A DNA stretch of 60,985 nucleotides, filler included, from Xylographa opegraphella (GCA_022813865.1; 5 parts of 5 records of this genome joined end to end with filler, not necessarily neighbours in it), one strand, 5' to 3'; numbered from the whole stretch's first letter, positions 25,268-38,777 are shown. The notes: generated by a model from the sequence alone, not told the origin. Translations and numbers: made by a program.

Positions 25268-25820
25268 CTGAGATGGCTGAGATGGCTGAGATGGCTGAGA
25301 TGGCTGAGATGGCTGAGATGGCTGAGATGGCGAAGATGGCAGAGATGGCGAAGATGGCGAAGAAGTATGAACGATGGCGAAAATACGGAAGATGTGAAAG
25401 ATGTGGAAGATGCTAAAGTTGGAGAAGATGAAGAAGATGTGGACGACATGAAGGATGCGGACAATGCGGACAACGTGGAAGATGTGGAAGATTTCGAAAA
25501 TTGCGGACGATCTAGATGATGTCCAAGATGTGGAAAATATGGCAGGTATGGCAGATGGTGTGAATCGTTTAGATGTGAGAGATGGGGGAGATATAGAAAA
25601 TGGTGGGCTAGGTAGAGGTCAAGATAGTAAAGATGGTTGAGATGGTCAAGATAGTGAAGATGGTGGAAATGGTGAAGAAGTGAAAGGTATGGCCGATGTG
25701 GACGATGGTAAAATGGCGAAGATAGTGTAGGTGGCGGAGATGTCAAAGCTGTCGAAGATAGTGAACAAGTTGGAGAGATGAGGAAGATGGTGAAGCTGGC
25801 AAAGATGAGGAAGATGAGTG
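25268..25820. repeat. 9-bp tandem repeat (CTGAGATGG)x7 decaying into a purine-rich degenerate 9-mer tract
   Basis: Perfect units at 25268-25330, then CGAAGATGG/GATGTGGAA variants for about 500 bp. Confidence 0.85.
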
Positions 25821-27832
25821 AAATGGTATGTACAGCTGCGGATCGTCGCAGCAAATGAAGATGATTACATGTCTAAAGGCAGCATAGATGGCTCGTATGT
25901 GATCCTTAGATTGTCCTCCGCCCCCCGACTTCCAAATTCTGGGAACTTGCTTGGTTATATAGGCAAGTTGCCTGCGCTTTGACTGCAGATTAAAGTACAG
26001 CAATCGATGATGCTTTATGAGTTTCTCAAACTCTTATTCGAGAAAAGATCTTATAAGGTCCGGGAGCGAGAGCTTGCTTGACCGAAGGTTCGTGGACCGA
26101 GGTTAATACTCGAATTGGAGATAGCTGTCAGCGACCCGGCAATCGTCAAAAGGGCCAGTCCGCGGTGCACCGAAAGGTAGTTGGCTTTAAGCGTTCGAGT
26201 GTTCGCTCGAGCCCCTTGTTTGACTTCGGCCACGGTCTTCACACGACAGAACAGAGGAAGGAAGTTCAATACGAAGAGTGTCCCAGTCTTTGGGCCTTTG
26301 TAGTTGCCACCGACCTGAGATAGAGCCCAGGTGGAGGCTGACATGATCACGTTTCCTTGTACGAACCACTGAAACCCTTAGCTCGACGGACGGAGAGACC
26401 ACGTGGATCGCTTCACTACGCTGCAACACATGAAGCAAATCTCATACAGAAAAGTCAGAACCTGATTGAGTACTGAAAAGGGTAGAGCAGACCCGCAGTG
26501 ACGATAGCATCATAAGCAAGTGGAACGAAAAGTTAAACAATGAATCCACACGTGAGAACTTAACCTAGTCAACGTTAAGCATTACACAACAAAAATCAGG
26601 CCAAAGGTCAATGATGGAAAGGAGAGTTCAACGCGTATCTCTGATGAAGTGTCGGAGGACTAAGATTCATTTATTCATTTATCATATGGCAGTTCTCGCT
26701 TCTTTTCGGTAGGACTCTCGAAGCCGGGGTGTCCGGGCCTGCATACAGCCGGAGCCGACCTTTGGTGGGGGGTTTTCAGCCCCGGGGACGAAAGCGGCAA
26801 GACGGGTGCCAGGCTGTGCCTCCGGCCCTCCGTGCCCTTGGGCCTTCTGTGCGAGCTGCTGGGATGCTGCCAAGGTCTACGGTACGGAGCGAGGGAGCAT
26901 AAGGTAAGGTAGAAGTACCTAAGACAAAGGTAGGGCATCACTAAGCGGTGCTGACACCTGGAACAAGAATAATAGGTAGGCAGTTGTCCCTGTTGATGAG
27001 CCCACAATCAAAAACCAAGCTTTTGGCGGCATGCAACTCCAAGAGTCCATACTTCGTATCGTCCATCTCCACGCCGTCTCGCGTTTTCACGTCATGCTCG
27101 GATGCGAAGGAAGATACCACAGCTTGCCACCGCCGTTCCTCTCAGACACACAGTTGCCTCATCTGAGTCAATAATGCCACCTTGACTGACGGCACTAAAA
27201 CACTGGCCTATCGCTGGCGTTGCATTATCGCAGCCAATAAGCGCCGCTCCACCCGTGCTGCCAGGTGTGACCGTACCCTCCCACTGTTGCTCCACCCTCC
27301 TTGGGGAGTTTTCCAGATTTGTGCGGAAGGTGTGGAGTTTTCTGCGTTCATAGGTGCAGGGAGTGGTCTGCAATTGGCAGTCAGGACTTCGCCGTGGTCA
27401 GTCATCCCGCACTTCCTGACTCTTGACATATTCACACCGAGCAATACCTGATAAGAAGTGTCTGACTTGAAATCTATTTAGGCAATCTACACCTTCGATA
27501 CGGGGATACGGATTCCCAAACGACTGCTGAAGGCGTCTCCTCTTGCAGTTGGCTTCATGCAGCCGACCCCCTTGGAACGCTCTAGCCCTCACGTCAGCCA
27601 ATCCGAGCACCCCAAGCTGAACGGCAACTCGTACTCAGCCGTATTGTGATTTATCAAGTCGCCTCCGAACTCGATCTCCCGTCCTCGCGAACTCCGACAA
27701 CTATATTCACAGTCGTTGCGCACTCGGCTATCAAGGACAGGGACGAATTTCTCCAGAAGTCCATCACTGCTCACGTTCCTGTTGGAACCCTACACATCCG
27801 ACCCAGCCCATAAGGCCGAGAAGGTCCCCGAG

Positions 27833-29002
27833 ATGACGATGGTGGACTTTGATCCGTTCCAGTTAACGCATCGGAAGCCAATTGTCTTTCAGAACAATCA
27901 TGGGGGGATTCGACCGTTGACAAAGATCGTTCCCGATTCGTATATTCAAGGCATGGGGCAACAGCAACAACAACCGGCGCCACGAACGCATAATCACACA
28001 CGAACAGTCTCCTCTGCGATATTTCCCGTAAATCATGTTGCTTCGTCTTCGCCTTCCTCCAGCTACCAGCAAACTTTGAATACCAGTCGCAGGACACCCT
28101 CCAATGCGACCGCCTCATCAACAATGACCACCAGCACCGGCAATGGTATGATCCCGACGAGAACATCTTCAACAGTTTCCATAAACCTACGTCGAAGTAC
28201 ATCATCTCGATCAGGCCAATCTATGACACCTACGAGCTATGTTGCTTTAATGCGAAAGCAGAAAGCCACAGTGTGGTGTGATAGATCGCAACATGAAGAT
28301 CCCAGGATGGTTGCGCAGGCAAAAGCGGCCAAAATGCGGGCCACCATGGAAATCATTGGGGGAAATACGCAAGGGAGAAGTAGCATGAGCGGGAGTATGG
28401 GCAGTGGCAGCTTGGGAGTTCGCAGCAAGATTCGGCATCACGGGGCACCTAAAGCCGTCGGATACAGTTCTGCAAATCTCGTCGGCAGTGGTGTTCCGAT
28501 GCGGCTGAGTGCCAGTGAGGTTGGAGATGAGGACAATAGTGACGACGACGCCGATAGCCAAAGGAATCCATATCATCATCGAAGCGGCAGTGGGCGAAGC
28601 TCATTGGTGAGCAATCAGAGACTCGCGGCTTTCAATCAAAGACCACCGGGGCGGCTCAGCCAGGGCAGCACGCCTCCTAATGGTCAGGGGAATAGTCCTG
28701 CGGAAGGGCTGGCCAATCTTACAGAAGCAGCGGAAACGCCGGTTCCGGGGACGCAGCAAAGACAAGCAGCAGCAGATTATTTCCAGCAAGCTTCTGGAGA
28801 TGGAGGAAGCGCAAGTTCTTCCGAACGCGAAGCAAGCTTCGGGAACGTTGGAGACATGAAGGCACCCCAGGTCAGCAGCACAAGAAAGGAGAACGGGAAA
28901 AGCGCGGAGGAGTTGAGCAGGAGAGGCAGTGTAGACGAGCGGGCGGCAACGATGCGCGGGGCGGTCAGGCTTTTTGTTGCAAACCCGGACTTGAGCGACT
29001 GA
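27833..29002 (+). CDS. Conserved-looking fungal Ser-rich hypothetical protein
   Basis: Long intronless ORF with ordered blocks YVALMRKQKATVWCDRSQ.EDPR, GVPMRLSASEV, RRGSVDER and RLFVANPD; ATG at 27833 (alternatives 27839, 27953). Confidence 0.8.
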   Translation: MTMVDFDPFQLTHRKPIVFQNNHGGIRPLTKIVPDSYIQGMGQQQQQPAPRTHNHTRTVSSAIFPVNHVASSSPSSSYQQTLNTSRRTPSNATASSTMTTSTGNGMIPTRTSSTVSINLRRSTSSRSGQSMTPTSYVALMRKQKATVWCDRSQHEDPRMVAQAKAAKMRATMEIIGGNTQGRSSMSGSMGSGSLGVRSKIRHHGAPKAVGYSSANLVGSGVPMRLSASEVGDEDNSDDDADSQRNPYHHRSGSGRSSLVSNQRLAAFNQRPPGRLSQGSTPPNGQGNSPAEGLANLTEAAETPVPGTQQRQAAADYFQQASGDGGSASSSEREASFGNVGDMKAPQVSSTRKENGKSAEELSRRGSVDERAATMRGAVRLFVANPDLSD

Positions 29003-29470
29003 TGTTTATGCACTTGGTACGATTGGACACGGCGCATGCAGGAGTCGGTGTATCTAGGCGTATGGGGACTGCCTGTCACCTTTTTGTGACACACGGGTCC
29101 TCGGATAGACACCACTAACCTTTATACGAATTATACTATCAGCCAGTTCTAATTGCAGTTGGCTTTACAAGTACGCATGCTTTGCTCGAGGATTGTAGCA
29201 GTTTGAATATGGCGTACCCGATGGTCAAGGTGGGGGCCGCCCAGCTATGAATTCGAGGAATATTGAGTCTCGTCAAGACTGCCCTGTGCTAAGACGTTGT
29301 TAGTTTGTGTTCACCCGTGAACAATTCAGTACCTTTCCTAGTCAGGCTCGGTACTTTTGAATATCCGCGTAAATAGCTTCAGGAGCTCCGATGATCACGT
29401 CAGGCAGGCGCCGCAGCTCATTGAGCTTCGTAATTCTGTCCTCACATTCTCCTTCAACGTAATTTAAGCA

Positions 29471-31885
29471 ATGGCACGTCTCGATCAGGAAAAGCTAAAG
29501 CCAGTGAACGGTTACGCCAAGACCAATGGCAAGACAGGCAACCATACCACCGAGAAGGTTACAACGCCCGTGGTTGACGCCAAAACCGATCTCAACCGGT
29601 GGAGGCTGCTAGACGAAGATGGTCGACAAACCTGGCACTACCTCGAGTCCGACAATGAGATCCAGAAATGGCCGCAGAGCATCATAGATAGACACCACCT
29701 CGGACTTCCCTTGGTATGCTTGTCACCGCCACATCCTGCCAATTGAGGCATTGACTGAATCGCTCCACTACGCAGGACCTTCCCACCCTACCACGCCCGA
29801 CTACCCCCTTGGCCGCTGCCCGCAATGCGGTGGACTACTTTTCGAACTTCCAGCTACCGCCGGGGAACTGGGCTTGCGAATATGGAGGACCTATGTTCCT
29901 CTTACCTGGTCTCGTGATCACCTGGTATGTCACGGAGACACCGATACCCCAGTACATCGCCATCGAGATCAAGAGATATCTCCTTGCAAGGCAGCATCCG
30001 ATCGACGGGGGTTGGGGACTACATATCGAGGGCGAAAGCAGTGTCTTCGGAACCGCCATGAACTATGTCGTGATGCGGATTCTTGGGGCTAGCGAAGAAG
30101 ACCCGAGAATGATCAAAGCAAGAAATACGCTTCATCAGTTTGGTGGTGCTGTGAACGGACCCCATTGGGCGAAGTTCTGGCTGAGTGTACTTGGGGTGAT
30201 GGAATGGAGCGCTGTCAATCCTGTTCCACCAGAACTATGGTATTCTTGTTGACGGTCCCATACAAGATCCGCTGCAGGGCTGATATTTGCAGGCTTCTGC
30301 CAGACTGGGTACCCATTGCTCCCTGGCGATGGTGGATACACATGCGCCAGGTATTTTTGCCGGTGTCAAATATCTACTCTAGGAGATTTAGCTACCCATT
30401 GAACTCCCTGACTCGACAATTGCGGGAGGAGTTGTACACCCAATCATACGATTCCATCAATTTCGCCTCACACCGTAATTCTATCTCACCCCGCGACAAT
30501 TATCATCCTAAGAGTTTCGTGCTCAACGGTCTGAATTGGGTCATTTCTAATATCTGGAATCCATATCTCCGGCATAATGCGATAGCCAAGCGCGCAGAAG
30601 ACTGGACGTACGATCTCGTCCGACGCGAAGATGAGAACACAGATTACGCGAATCTGGGCCCTGTCAACGCGGTGATGAATCTTCTGGTTTGTTATCTTCA
30701 TGATGGGCCAGAAAGCTATTCCGTCCAGCGGCATCGGGAACGAATGCATGATTTCTTGTGGATGAAGAATGAGGGCATGTTGATGAATGGTACCAATGGA
30801 GTGCAGGTTTGGGATGCATCGTTCCTCATACAGGCTGTGGTCGAAGCTGGCTTGGCTGAAGAACCGAAATGGAGACCCATGCTGACGAAGACTCTGGACT
30901 TTCTTGACAATCAGCAGATTCGAGAGGATTGTAAGGAGCAAGATGTCTGTTATCGTCAGAGAAGAAAAGGCACATGGGCATTTAGCACCAAGACTCAGGG
31001 ATATACACTGAGTGACTGTACCAGTGAGGCCTTGAAGTCGGTAATCTTGCTGCAGGGCATACCCGGATACCCCGAACTTGTCTCGGAGCAGCGAATCCAC
31101 GACGCTATAGACACCTTACTCACCATGCAGAATTCCTCGGGAGGCTTCGCAAGCTACGAGCCGATCCGTGGATCCGAGTACTTGGAATGGCTGAATGCGG
31201 CGGAAGTCTTTGGCAGAATCATGGTCGAATACGATTATCCCGAATGTACCACATCCGTCGTCACCGCTCTATCCATGTTCTCCAAGCACGACCCGGCATA
31301 TCGGCAAGCGGATATCAGCAAAACGCTGAAGGGGGCACTTCACTACATCCGCAAAGCCCAGTACCCGGACGGCTCCTGGTACGGCAGCTGGGGCATCTGC
31401 TTCACGTATGCGGGCATGTTCGCACTGGAGTCGCTGGCCTCGGTCGGCGAAACGTACGCCAACAGTCCCCGGGTGGCCAAGGCGTGTGAGTTCTTCGTGA
31501 GCAAGCAGAGAGACGACGGCGGGTGGGGCGAAAGCTACAAAAGCTGCGAGACGGGCGTCTACGTGCAGCACGAGAAAAGCCAAGTCGTGCAGACGTGCTG
31601 GGCGCTTTTGGGACTGATGGAAGCGGACTTCCCGCACCGCGACGTGCTCGAGCGTGGCATCAGGCTGATCATGGGGCGACAGATGCCGGAGGGCGGGTGG
31701 GAGCAAGAGGCCATTGAGGGGGTGTTCAATAAAAGCTGGTATGGATTCCTTGAAGCGATTTATTGTATTTGGACATCATGCTAACCGTGAACAGCATGAT
31801 CTCATACCCGAACTATAAATACATCTTCCCGATTAAGACGCTCGGGATGTTTGCCAGAAGGTATGGCAATCCGAAAATGCGGTGA
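29471..31885 (+). CDS. ERG7: Lanosterol synthase (oxidosqualene cyclase), four exons
   Basis: RWRL..GRQTWHY, YGGPMFLLPG, DGGWGLHIE, MNGTNGVQVWD, catalytic SDCTSE, QW repeats, EGVFNKSCMISYPNYK; introns 29714-29775, 30240-30292 and 31739-31794. Confidence 0.97.
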
Positions 31886-32314
31886 GCATGGTGTGAGGTG
31901 GTGGAAAAGTTTTGATATTCCATATTCGCTACTCAGGAGGGGGACACCGGGTATCAAGCATTAGAACATAATATTAATAGTTTAATAGAACATGAATAGC
32001 ACATTCTGACTAGGTTTTGTGCAATAGCACGTTAGGCTTCACAGCTCATTAGTCAACGTCCCTGCCCTTTGCCGTAGATGCATGTTGATTGCCTGCTCTC
32101 CAGAAGAAGGGAAAATAAGCTTTTCGTGGGCGAACGCAGTGCAAGCGAATAGCACACAAAATTCAACAACCGCACCTCAACGAGCCCCGTCCGTCCCCTT
32201 TAATTTCACAGCATCATTCAACGTCACATGATCCAGAGTTTCCACACCGTGGGCCGGCAGTATCTGAGCCGGATGAAAAGAAAACAAAAAAGAAGACCAT
32301 TATTTTTTTTGCAA

Positions 32315-32403
32315 TGCGGCTTACCCGGATCGAACGGGTGACCTTTAGATGCCCCCAGTGAAGGTGCTTCAGTCTAACGCTCTCCCAACTGAGCTAAAGC
32401 CGC
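32315..32403 (-). tRNA. tRNA-Phe(GAA) with a 16-nt intron (32351-32366)
   Basis: GCGGCTTTAGCTCAGTTGGGAGAGCGTTAGACTGAAG[intron]ATCTAAAGGTCACCCGTTCGATCCGGGTAAGCCGCA; acceptor stem GCGGCTT/AAGCCGC; canonical intron position; downstream T-run. Confidence 0.96.
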
Positions 32404-35400
32404 TGGTTGTGAAACTTGGTTGTTCTATTGTGTATATATTCGTCATTTTGTTGTTGATCGTTGAAATATGGCCGGGAATGGAAATTTGTGCTTTGTCCTA
32501 TCGCGTTTTATCTGGGGTATGCTTGTCTTGCTGTAGTGGGGTTACGGTGGGGAGGGTTTACTTTACAGGCGGGCGAAAGATGGATTGGTGAATAAGGTAG
32601 GCCGGGTAGGTTGGGTTAGTGTGTGTGGATTCTTTGCATTACTCTATCACTTGCTTGAGTCGGGGACGCGAAGGTGGCGACGAGAAGTTGTGGGCCTCAA
32701 AGAGTACACTCAATTAATACCAGTCGCTTTTACATACATGTGAGATTTTTCTACCTGTTGCGAAGCCTCGAGATATGGCTTCCAATAATTTATTCACTGC
32801 TCCATCTCTGCACCATCTCCACCAGTCCAGATCGCGGAAACGCAATTCGCAGCTCGATTTGCAGATCAACATGAACATCCGGCAGTTGTGAGACTCTTTG
32901 ACCAGAGGTCGTGGAGTGACTGCGTCGAGGGATGAACTGCACGAAACCCTGACTGGAAACTACAAGCGCTCTACATGTCCGAAGTCTAAGAATTGGGGGA
33001 CGACCAGCATTGGCCGACTATGTTGTGAAGCTGCAAGGCTGTGGAGGTGGGCTGCATCACGCACTGCCGGACCAAGTGAGGTGAAACAGGCCCTTTCTAG
33101 GGTGCTGTAAACGTACGGGTCTGACTATTCACTGCAAAAGGCCAATGTGATGAGTTTGCGTTCCGTTATGATCGGTACTCCTGCGAGGGGAGCCCTTGAT
33201 GACTGTGCTGGGCAAAAGCTGGAATAGATCTGTCAAAGAGTTACGCTGTCGTTTTGGCTTCTCACATCTTGTCTCTGCTGCCCCTTTCTTACTTCATAAT
33301 CGACGGTACCTGCGCACGAGTTTAGTATGGGAAGACATCGTTCCACAGGCTGACCGGGCGCTTGGAAGCACCGCCATTGTTTCGGTCTCATCAGCCTGGA
33401 CTGGCTCACTTTCTTGGAATGCTTAATTGATCGATATGGCTTGCTCCTGAGGCTAGCAGTCGGTCCAGCTCGAAGGTCTCAATCGTAGTCGTCTGGACTA
33501 TTTGCGGTGCTGCTTGGGGGTAAGCTTGATTCGCTGCTCGAACCTTACCATTGATCTGGACTCCGGTGATGCGAAAGGACAATGGCCTAGAGTGATAAAA
33601 TCCTTGCAGAAAGAAGCTTACAACAATTCATCATCCGACCATGACGATGAACTTGTCTGTCGAAGGAAAAAGAGGGCTCTTGCCGCCAAAATAACGTGCA
33701 TGGCGAAAAGACAAGAGAACTGCTTTTGATAGAAAGAATAGAAAATAGCGCTAATGAGAGTAGAGACGCGAACAGTGGCGAGTTGTCATGGAAAGAACAG
33801 AACTGAAAGTACTTTTGGGCTTTAGAGATTAGCCCCGTCAGGTTGAATGGACTACCAATCGTCGTTTGTGGCTGGATCGAAGACCATGATCCGCCGCCGG
33901 ACTCATTGGTTTGCACAAGTCAACGGGGCAATGAGCCAGGTGCAGATGGAGCTGGACGTATCGACTAACAACCATGGCAGCTCTGACGAGGGCGGCTTAA
34001 GCCGATGGCGACGGAACCTGCAATGGCTCTCACATCCGGCTCGCTCGATGCTCCCTCGAAAGCGTCCTGCTCTCCTTCTGGATGAGAAATGGCAGTTCTC
34101 AATCTCAAGTTTGGGGTGTGTAGCATGATTGTACAGCATGATGCATTTCAATGGCCTGTGACCGGTGTTCACAAGCAAGTGTATTGGGCATCAAAAGGAG
34201 ATTTCCAAAATCATGATGATTCTCCCGTGAATTGGACCATTATTAGAGAGCGCTTCAATCATTTCAAATAGAGTTTTGGTCCTTAGGGTTCGTCCATTTT
34301 ACCTATCGCTTGATCAGTGTCCACAACCTCGAACACATCGGACCAGAAATTATTTACACGATGCTCGAGTGAACATCATCCCCTATCTCTACTCATGATG
34401 TACGGGAGGGCCTCTCGAGTAGTCAATAGCGGAAGCTCATCATCCCAAATGACTTACAGGCCACAACACTTCACCTTCGCCAGAACGATACCGAAACCAA
34501 AGGCGAGACTGAAGAAATAGAAGAAATGAAAAATCATAAAGCTTAGCGACAGACAGAATCTTGGCTATTAAGGTATTCTCCTCTTCTATCGATGAACTGG
34601 TCCTAGTACAAAACACACCATCTCAACACCATATTGAGATCTGATCACACAGAATTGCAAACCCCAAACGCAACGCAGCAAACTACGATCCTACATACGT
34701 GAGCCCACACAGCCGCTCACCATCGTCTCAATACCCCAAAGCCGTCTCTTCATCCAGCAATCGCTCGAAGGCCCATCACGCAAACATGCCCTACCTCGAC
34801 TCTGGCGCCGGCGAATGGTACATGAGGCAAGTAAGCTCGATCTGCACCCAGGTGCGCGCATCCGGCCTCGACCCGCAAATTTTCACGCTCAACGGCTTGC
34901 CTCCGGGGGATTCGCAGCTGGTCCCCGATATCCTCGCCGCCCTGGTACAGTAAATGCGATCCCACCGCATCGGGTCTGCCCCTGAGCATTCGACAGTCGT
35001 CGCTAATGCTCGGGTAGCGGATGTTCCTGGACTGCTGTCGGCCGTTCGAAGACGCAGCGTATGTCAAGGCCACGTTTGCAGATAACGTATTGACCTTGGG
35101 TCTTGTGGTGGTAGTCAAAACCGATGTGCGTGCCGCAAATGAAAGGCTTCTAGACCAGTGGTAGAATGACTGCTTACTGATGGACAAAGCATGATTATGA
35201 GGCCATCAAGGAAACGATCAAAAATGTCAGAAGTGATGGCCATAGCACTGTGGGTGTTGTCCTGTTGGACTCTCTAAGCCCAGCGGAGAGAGCAGCGACG
35301 GTGCGAATGATAGCATTGTAAAAAACGATGGTCAGGTTGAAAAAAGCGGCAGCTTCCAGTGGTATATTGTGACGGATGAGACTCCATAGCTCCTGCCGTA

Positions 35401-35590
35401 AAGGCCATGAGGAGCATAGGATACTGCTTCTCTTCCGATAGCACATGCCCCCTCTCTGCAGATGCATTAGTAACCCAACTCTAAAGACCACAAAAGAAAG
35501 GAAGTTTACATTTAACATACAAGTTACTCAGCACGCCCCAGGAAAGTAAAGGACCCATATCTCGAAATCCCATAATTACCTCTTCTCGCC

Positions 35591-36430
35591 CTATCCATCC
35601 ACATTCTTCCCCCTAACCACCCACAGCGGATCCGGTCTCCCCATCCCAAACCACCCACCACCGTCCCCTTTTCCGTCGCAAACTGTCACAACCTCCACCT
35701 CTCGCCACCCACTCCAATGCAAATAATCCCCAACCATCAGCAACTTCTCCTGCTCCCCAACACGCAACCACCTCCCGACCGCCTTCGTCGGGAAACACCG
35801 ATTCGAAACCACCAAATGCACCGTCCCGCCCTTCTTCATCCTTGCCCGCAAGCTCTCGAGCACCTCCCGCGGATGGATCAAATAGTCGATACTGACGACA
35901 CACGTCGCCGCATCCAGCGTTCCCACCTCCACAGGTATATCGGGCTGCTCGTTCAAATCCTGTAGTATCCGCTGCTTCAGAATCGGGTTCGCGGCCAGCT
36001 CTTTTTCATTGATGCCCATGCCCACCACCTCCAACGCTCCCTCCTCTCGACCGAGCTCACCCCGCGCGGTCTTCACAGCCCGTACCTCGAGTGTTTTCGG
36101 GAAGTGGCTTATCCAGCTGGAACAGAAATCCAGTATTCGCCCCTGGGACGGGAGGTTCTGCGCGTAGTACTCGCTGAGAACGCTGATGGCGTGGTCGTCG
36201 ATGTGCGTAACGTAACGGGGCGCGGAATAGAAGTCTGTGTCCGGGGATTCGTCTTGTCGCTGGAAGTCTCGCGCTGTGTAAGGGAAGGAGGGGTGCCGGG
36301 GGTGGTAGCGAAAGGAAGGGTAGGTGGTTGGGTTGGAGCTGGAGCTGGAAGGGGTCGCCATGGTGGAGAAGAGGGCTGGAAGGGAGAGCGAGAGGAGGGT
36401 TCGCGGTGGGAGGGTACGAGGGAGGTGCAT
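35591..36430 (-). CDS. Class I SAM-dependent methyltransferase (type 11-like), intronless
   Basis: DESPDTDFYSAPRYVTHID, ILDFCSSWISH, GMGINEKEL.ANP, VSIDYL.HPREV, SNRCFPTKAV.W, DPLWVV. Confidence 0.88.
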   Translation of the reverse strand: MHLPRTLPPRTLLSLSLPALFSTMATPSSSSSNPTTYPSFRYHPRHPSFPYTARDFQRQDESPDTDFYSAPRYVTHIDDHAISVLSEYYAQNLPSQGRILDFCSSWISHFPKTLEVRAVKTARGELGREEGALEVVGMGINEKELAANPILKQRILQDLNEQPDIPVEVGTLDAATCVVSIDYLIHPREVLESLRARMKKGGTVHLVVSNRCFPTKAVGRWLRVGEQEKLLMVGDYLHWSGWREVEVVTVCDGKGDGGGWFGMGRPDPLWVVRGKNVDG

Positions 36431-36756
36431 TGCTGAGAGAGAGTGGAACGAAGAAGGGCGCTTTGAGGTGGAAGAGGACGAAGGCGCTAGGGCGGACTCA
36501 TGATGTCGACGATTGGTAGGAGCGTATAGAGAAATTCACGATGAGGGTGCATGTGGGACTGCTTCTAAACCCAGGCAGCTTCAAGCTCACGCAAGCTGGA
36601 GGCTTTGCCATCACAGTGCTACCGTGTCTCATGAACAGCTTACCTTAGTATGAAGACACAGTTAAAACTGCCACAAGTTCCTCTAGGGTTGAGCTGCTGG
36701 AAGCTAGCTTAACGAGTCTGGACCCTACGGGATCAGGAACTGCTGTTTTAGGATTA

Positions 36757-37285
36757 AGAGTTTTCCCGGCTCCGTGCACGGCCCGATGTTTATGCACACC
36801 CCCCCAAACTTTCACCACCATCATTTTGTCGCAATATTTTAACAACTACTATTTTGTTTATTTTCACATTGATGTATCTTGTTCTATAGCTCAATGCGAT
36901 AATTTCTTGCTAACCATATCAAAAATCAAATTATTTTGTAGTTCTTAGTTGTCGCCCGAAATGAGATTTCCTGATTTCGAACCCTTCCTGTTCTGGCACC
37001 TCTATTGCCTCATTTTCAATCATTTGTTTTGATTTTAAAGGCTGTCGGCGTTTCTTTTTCTGTTTTTGATCCTTTTCCAGTTCTAAGCGCAGCTGCCGAT
37101 TCACTATTTGTTGTTCCTGAGCCTTCGCCTGGATGGCCTGTTTTTCCGCCTTCTCTCTTAGGCGCTGTAGGCGCTGTTCTTCACGGCCTGCTTTCCTTTA
37201 TGCCGTAAGCAATTGCTTTTTCTCTTTTGCAAGCTGTTTCTGATGCTTGTTCTCTTCCTTTTGAGCCTGAAGAAGATCTCGTTCT
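36757..37285 (-). mobile_element. pogo/Fot1-type DNA transposon end (TIR plus probable transposase C-terminus), cut by contig end
   Basis: TA followed by AGAGTTTTCCCGGCTCCGTGCACGGCCC..ATGCAC, similar to the TIR at 46096; K/R-rich coding-like sequence on the minus strand; weakly RIPped. Confidence 0.7.
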
Positions 37286-37385
37286 NNNNNNNNNNNNNNN
37301 NNNNNNNNNNNNNNNNNNNNNNNNNNNNNTTAATTAATTAANNNNNNNNNNNNNNNNNNNNNNNNNNNNNNNNNNNNNNNNNNNN

Positions 37386-38775
37386 TTTATTAAAGAAGTT
37401 CATCGATTAATAGTCCTTTCTTAAAATTAATAAACGTTTTAATTTTCGAAGTAACTATTTTTATTCGACTAAAATAAAATTTATCGATTTATAATATTAT
37501 TTTCGATTTAGCGTTTTACAGTATTGTTAAGAGATTAATAAAAATTTAAATCTTTTTTAATACTTTAAATAATATTTAATTTAAATTAAAATATAAAGTT
37601 CATTTAAAAGTAGTTTATCGCTATCGTTAATATTACAAGAATTTTAATTATAGTAAGTTTTATGTAAATATAAATATATTTATTATAAATATTTATCACT
37701 TAATATTATAAATACTGCTGAAAGTAAATAATTGTATAAACAATAAAAAATATGATTTACAAAATCGAAAGCTTTATTTATATATATATAAAACTTTCTA
37801 ATTGAGCAGAAAACTTTTATTATTTATATATAACAAAACCTTTAGTAAGCAATCAGGGTAATTACAGCTAAAATTTATATTTTATAATTATAATAAAAAT
37901 TTACAGCAGAAACATGCGATTTATAGTTATAATATACGATTTATAATTATATGAAATATTTAATAAAAAAAGACTGTCGCCTTAAAAAGTATAAGTACAA
38001 AGTATAATAAAGAAATATTTTAAAATAATATTAACTTCGTATTCTCTATTACTTTTTTATAAAAAATTATTAATTAAACTTTTCGCGTTATTAAGGTTTT
38101 TATCGTTGTATTAATTATTATATTTTAATTCGTTTTTTGTTTGGCGTAGAAAATATTTTATTAAATATTGACGATTTTTTTTACCTTTCGCCGTTTTAAA
38201 AATCAATCGATTTTATTTTTTAATTTACTTTTATTAATATAAATAACTATTAATTTGTTTTCGTTTTATTATATAAATTCTATTAACAAAATATTGCAGA
38301 TTTTAAATAAACGATTCAAATTATGGAATATATTTTTAATATTTTTTGGAAATTTTAATTTATACGTCAAACGTTCGATGCATTTAAAATTTTTAAACGA
38401 TTTAATAAATTGTCAATAAATCTCTCGTTATTTAATCTTTAATATATTATATTTTTTGTATAATTTTAAATTTACCATAAATTTTTTAAAAATCGATATA
38501 TATTCTAAATGGTAATATATTTTTATTTTTATTTTAATTTTTATAATTGCGTTTTTTGCGTCGATATAAATAAATTAATATTTATTAACGTTTATTAAAC
38601 GCGAATTATTAATAATATTAAATAAAGTATTTATATTATTATTACGAAATCTTTTCGTGGTAATTAGATAAGCAAATACAAACAATTTAATTAATATTAT
38701 ATTTTCGATTTTTATTGATTTTATATTTTTAAATTTTATAATCTTAAATTTTAAATTTTTAAATTTTAAAAAATT
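37386..38775. mobile_element. Heavily RIP-degraded repeat relic
   Basis: Very AT-rich with CpG retention; no readable ORF. Confidence 0.6.
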
Positions 38776-38777
38776 CG

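Noticed and set aside
26641..26670. CTGATGA as a hammerhead ribozyme core
   Set aside because: No GAAA core segment after the putative stem II.
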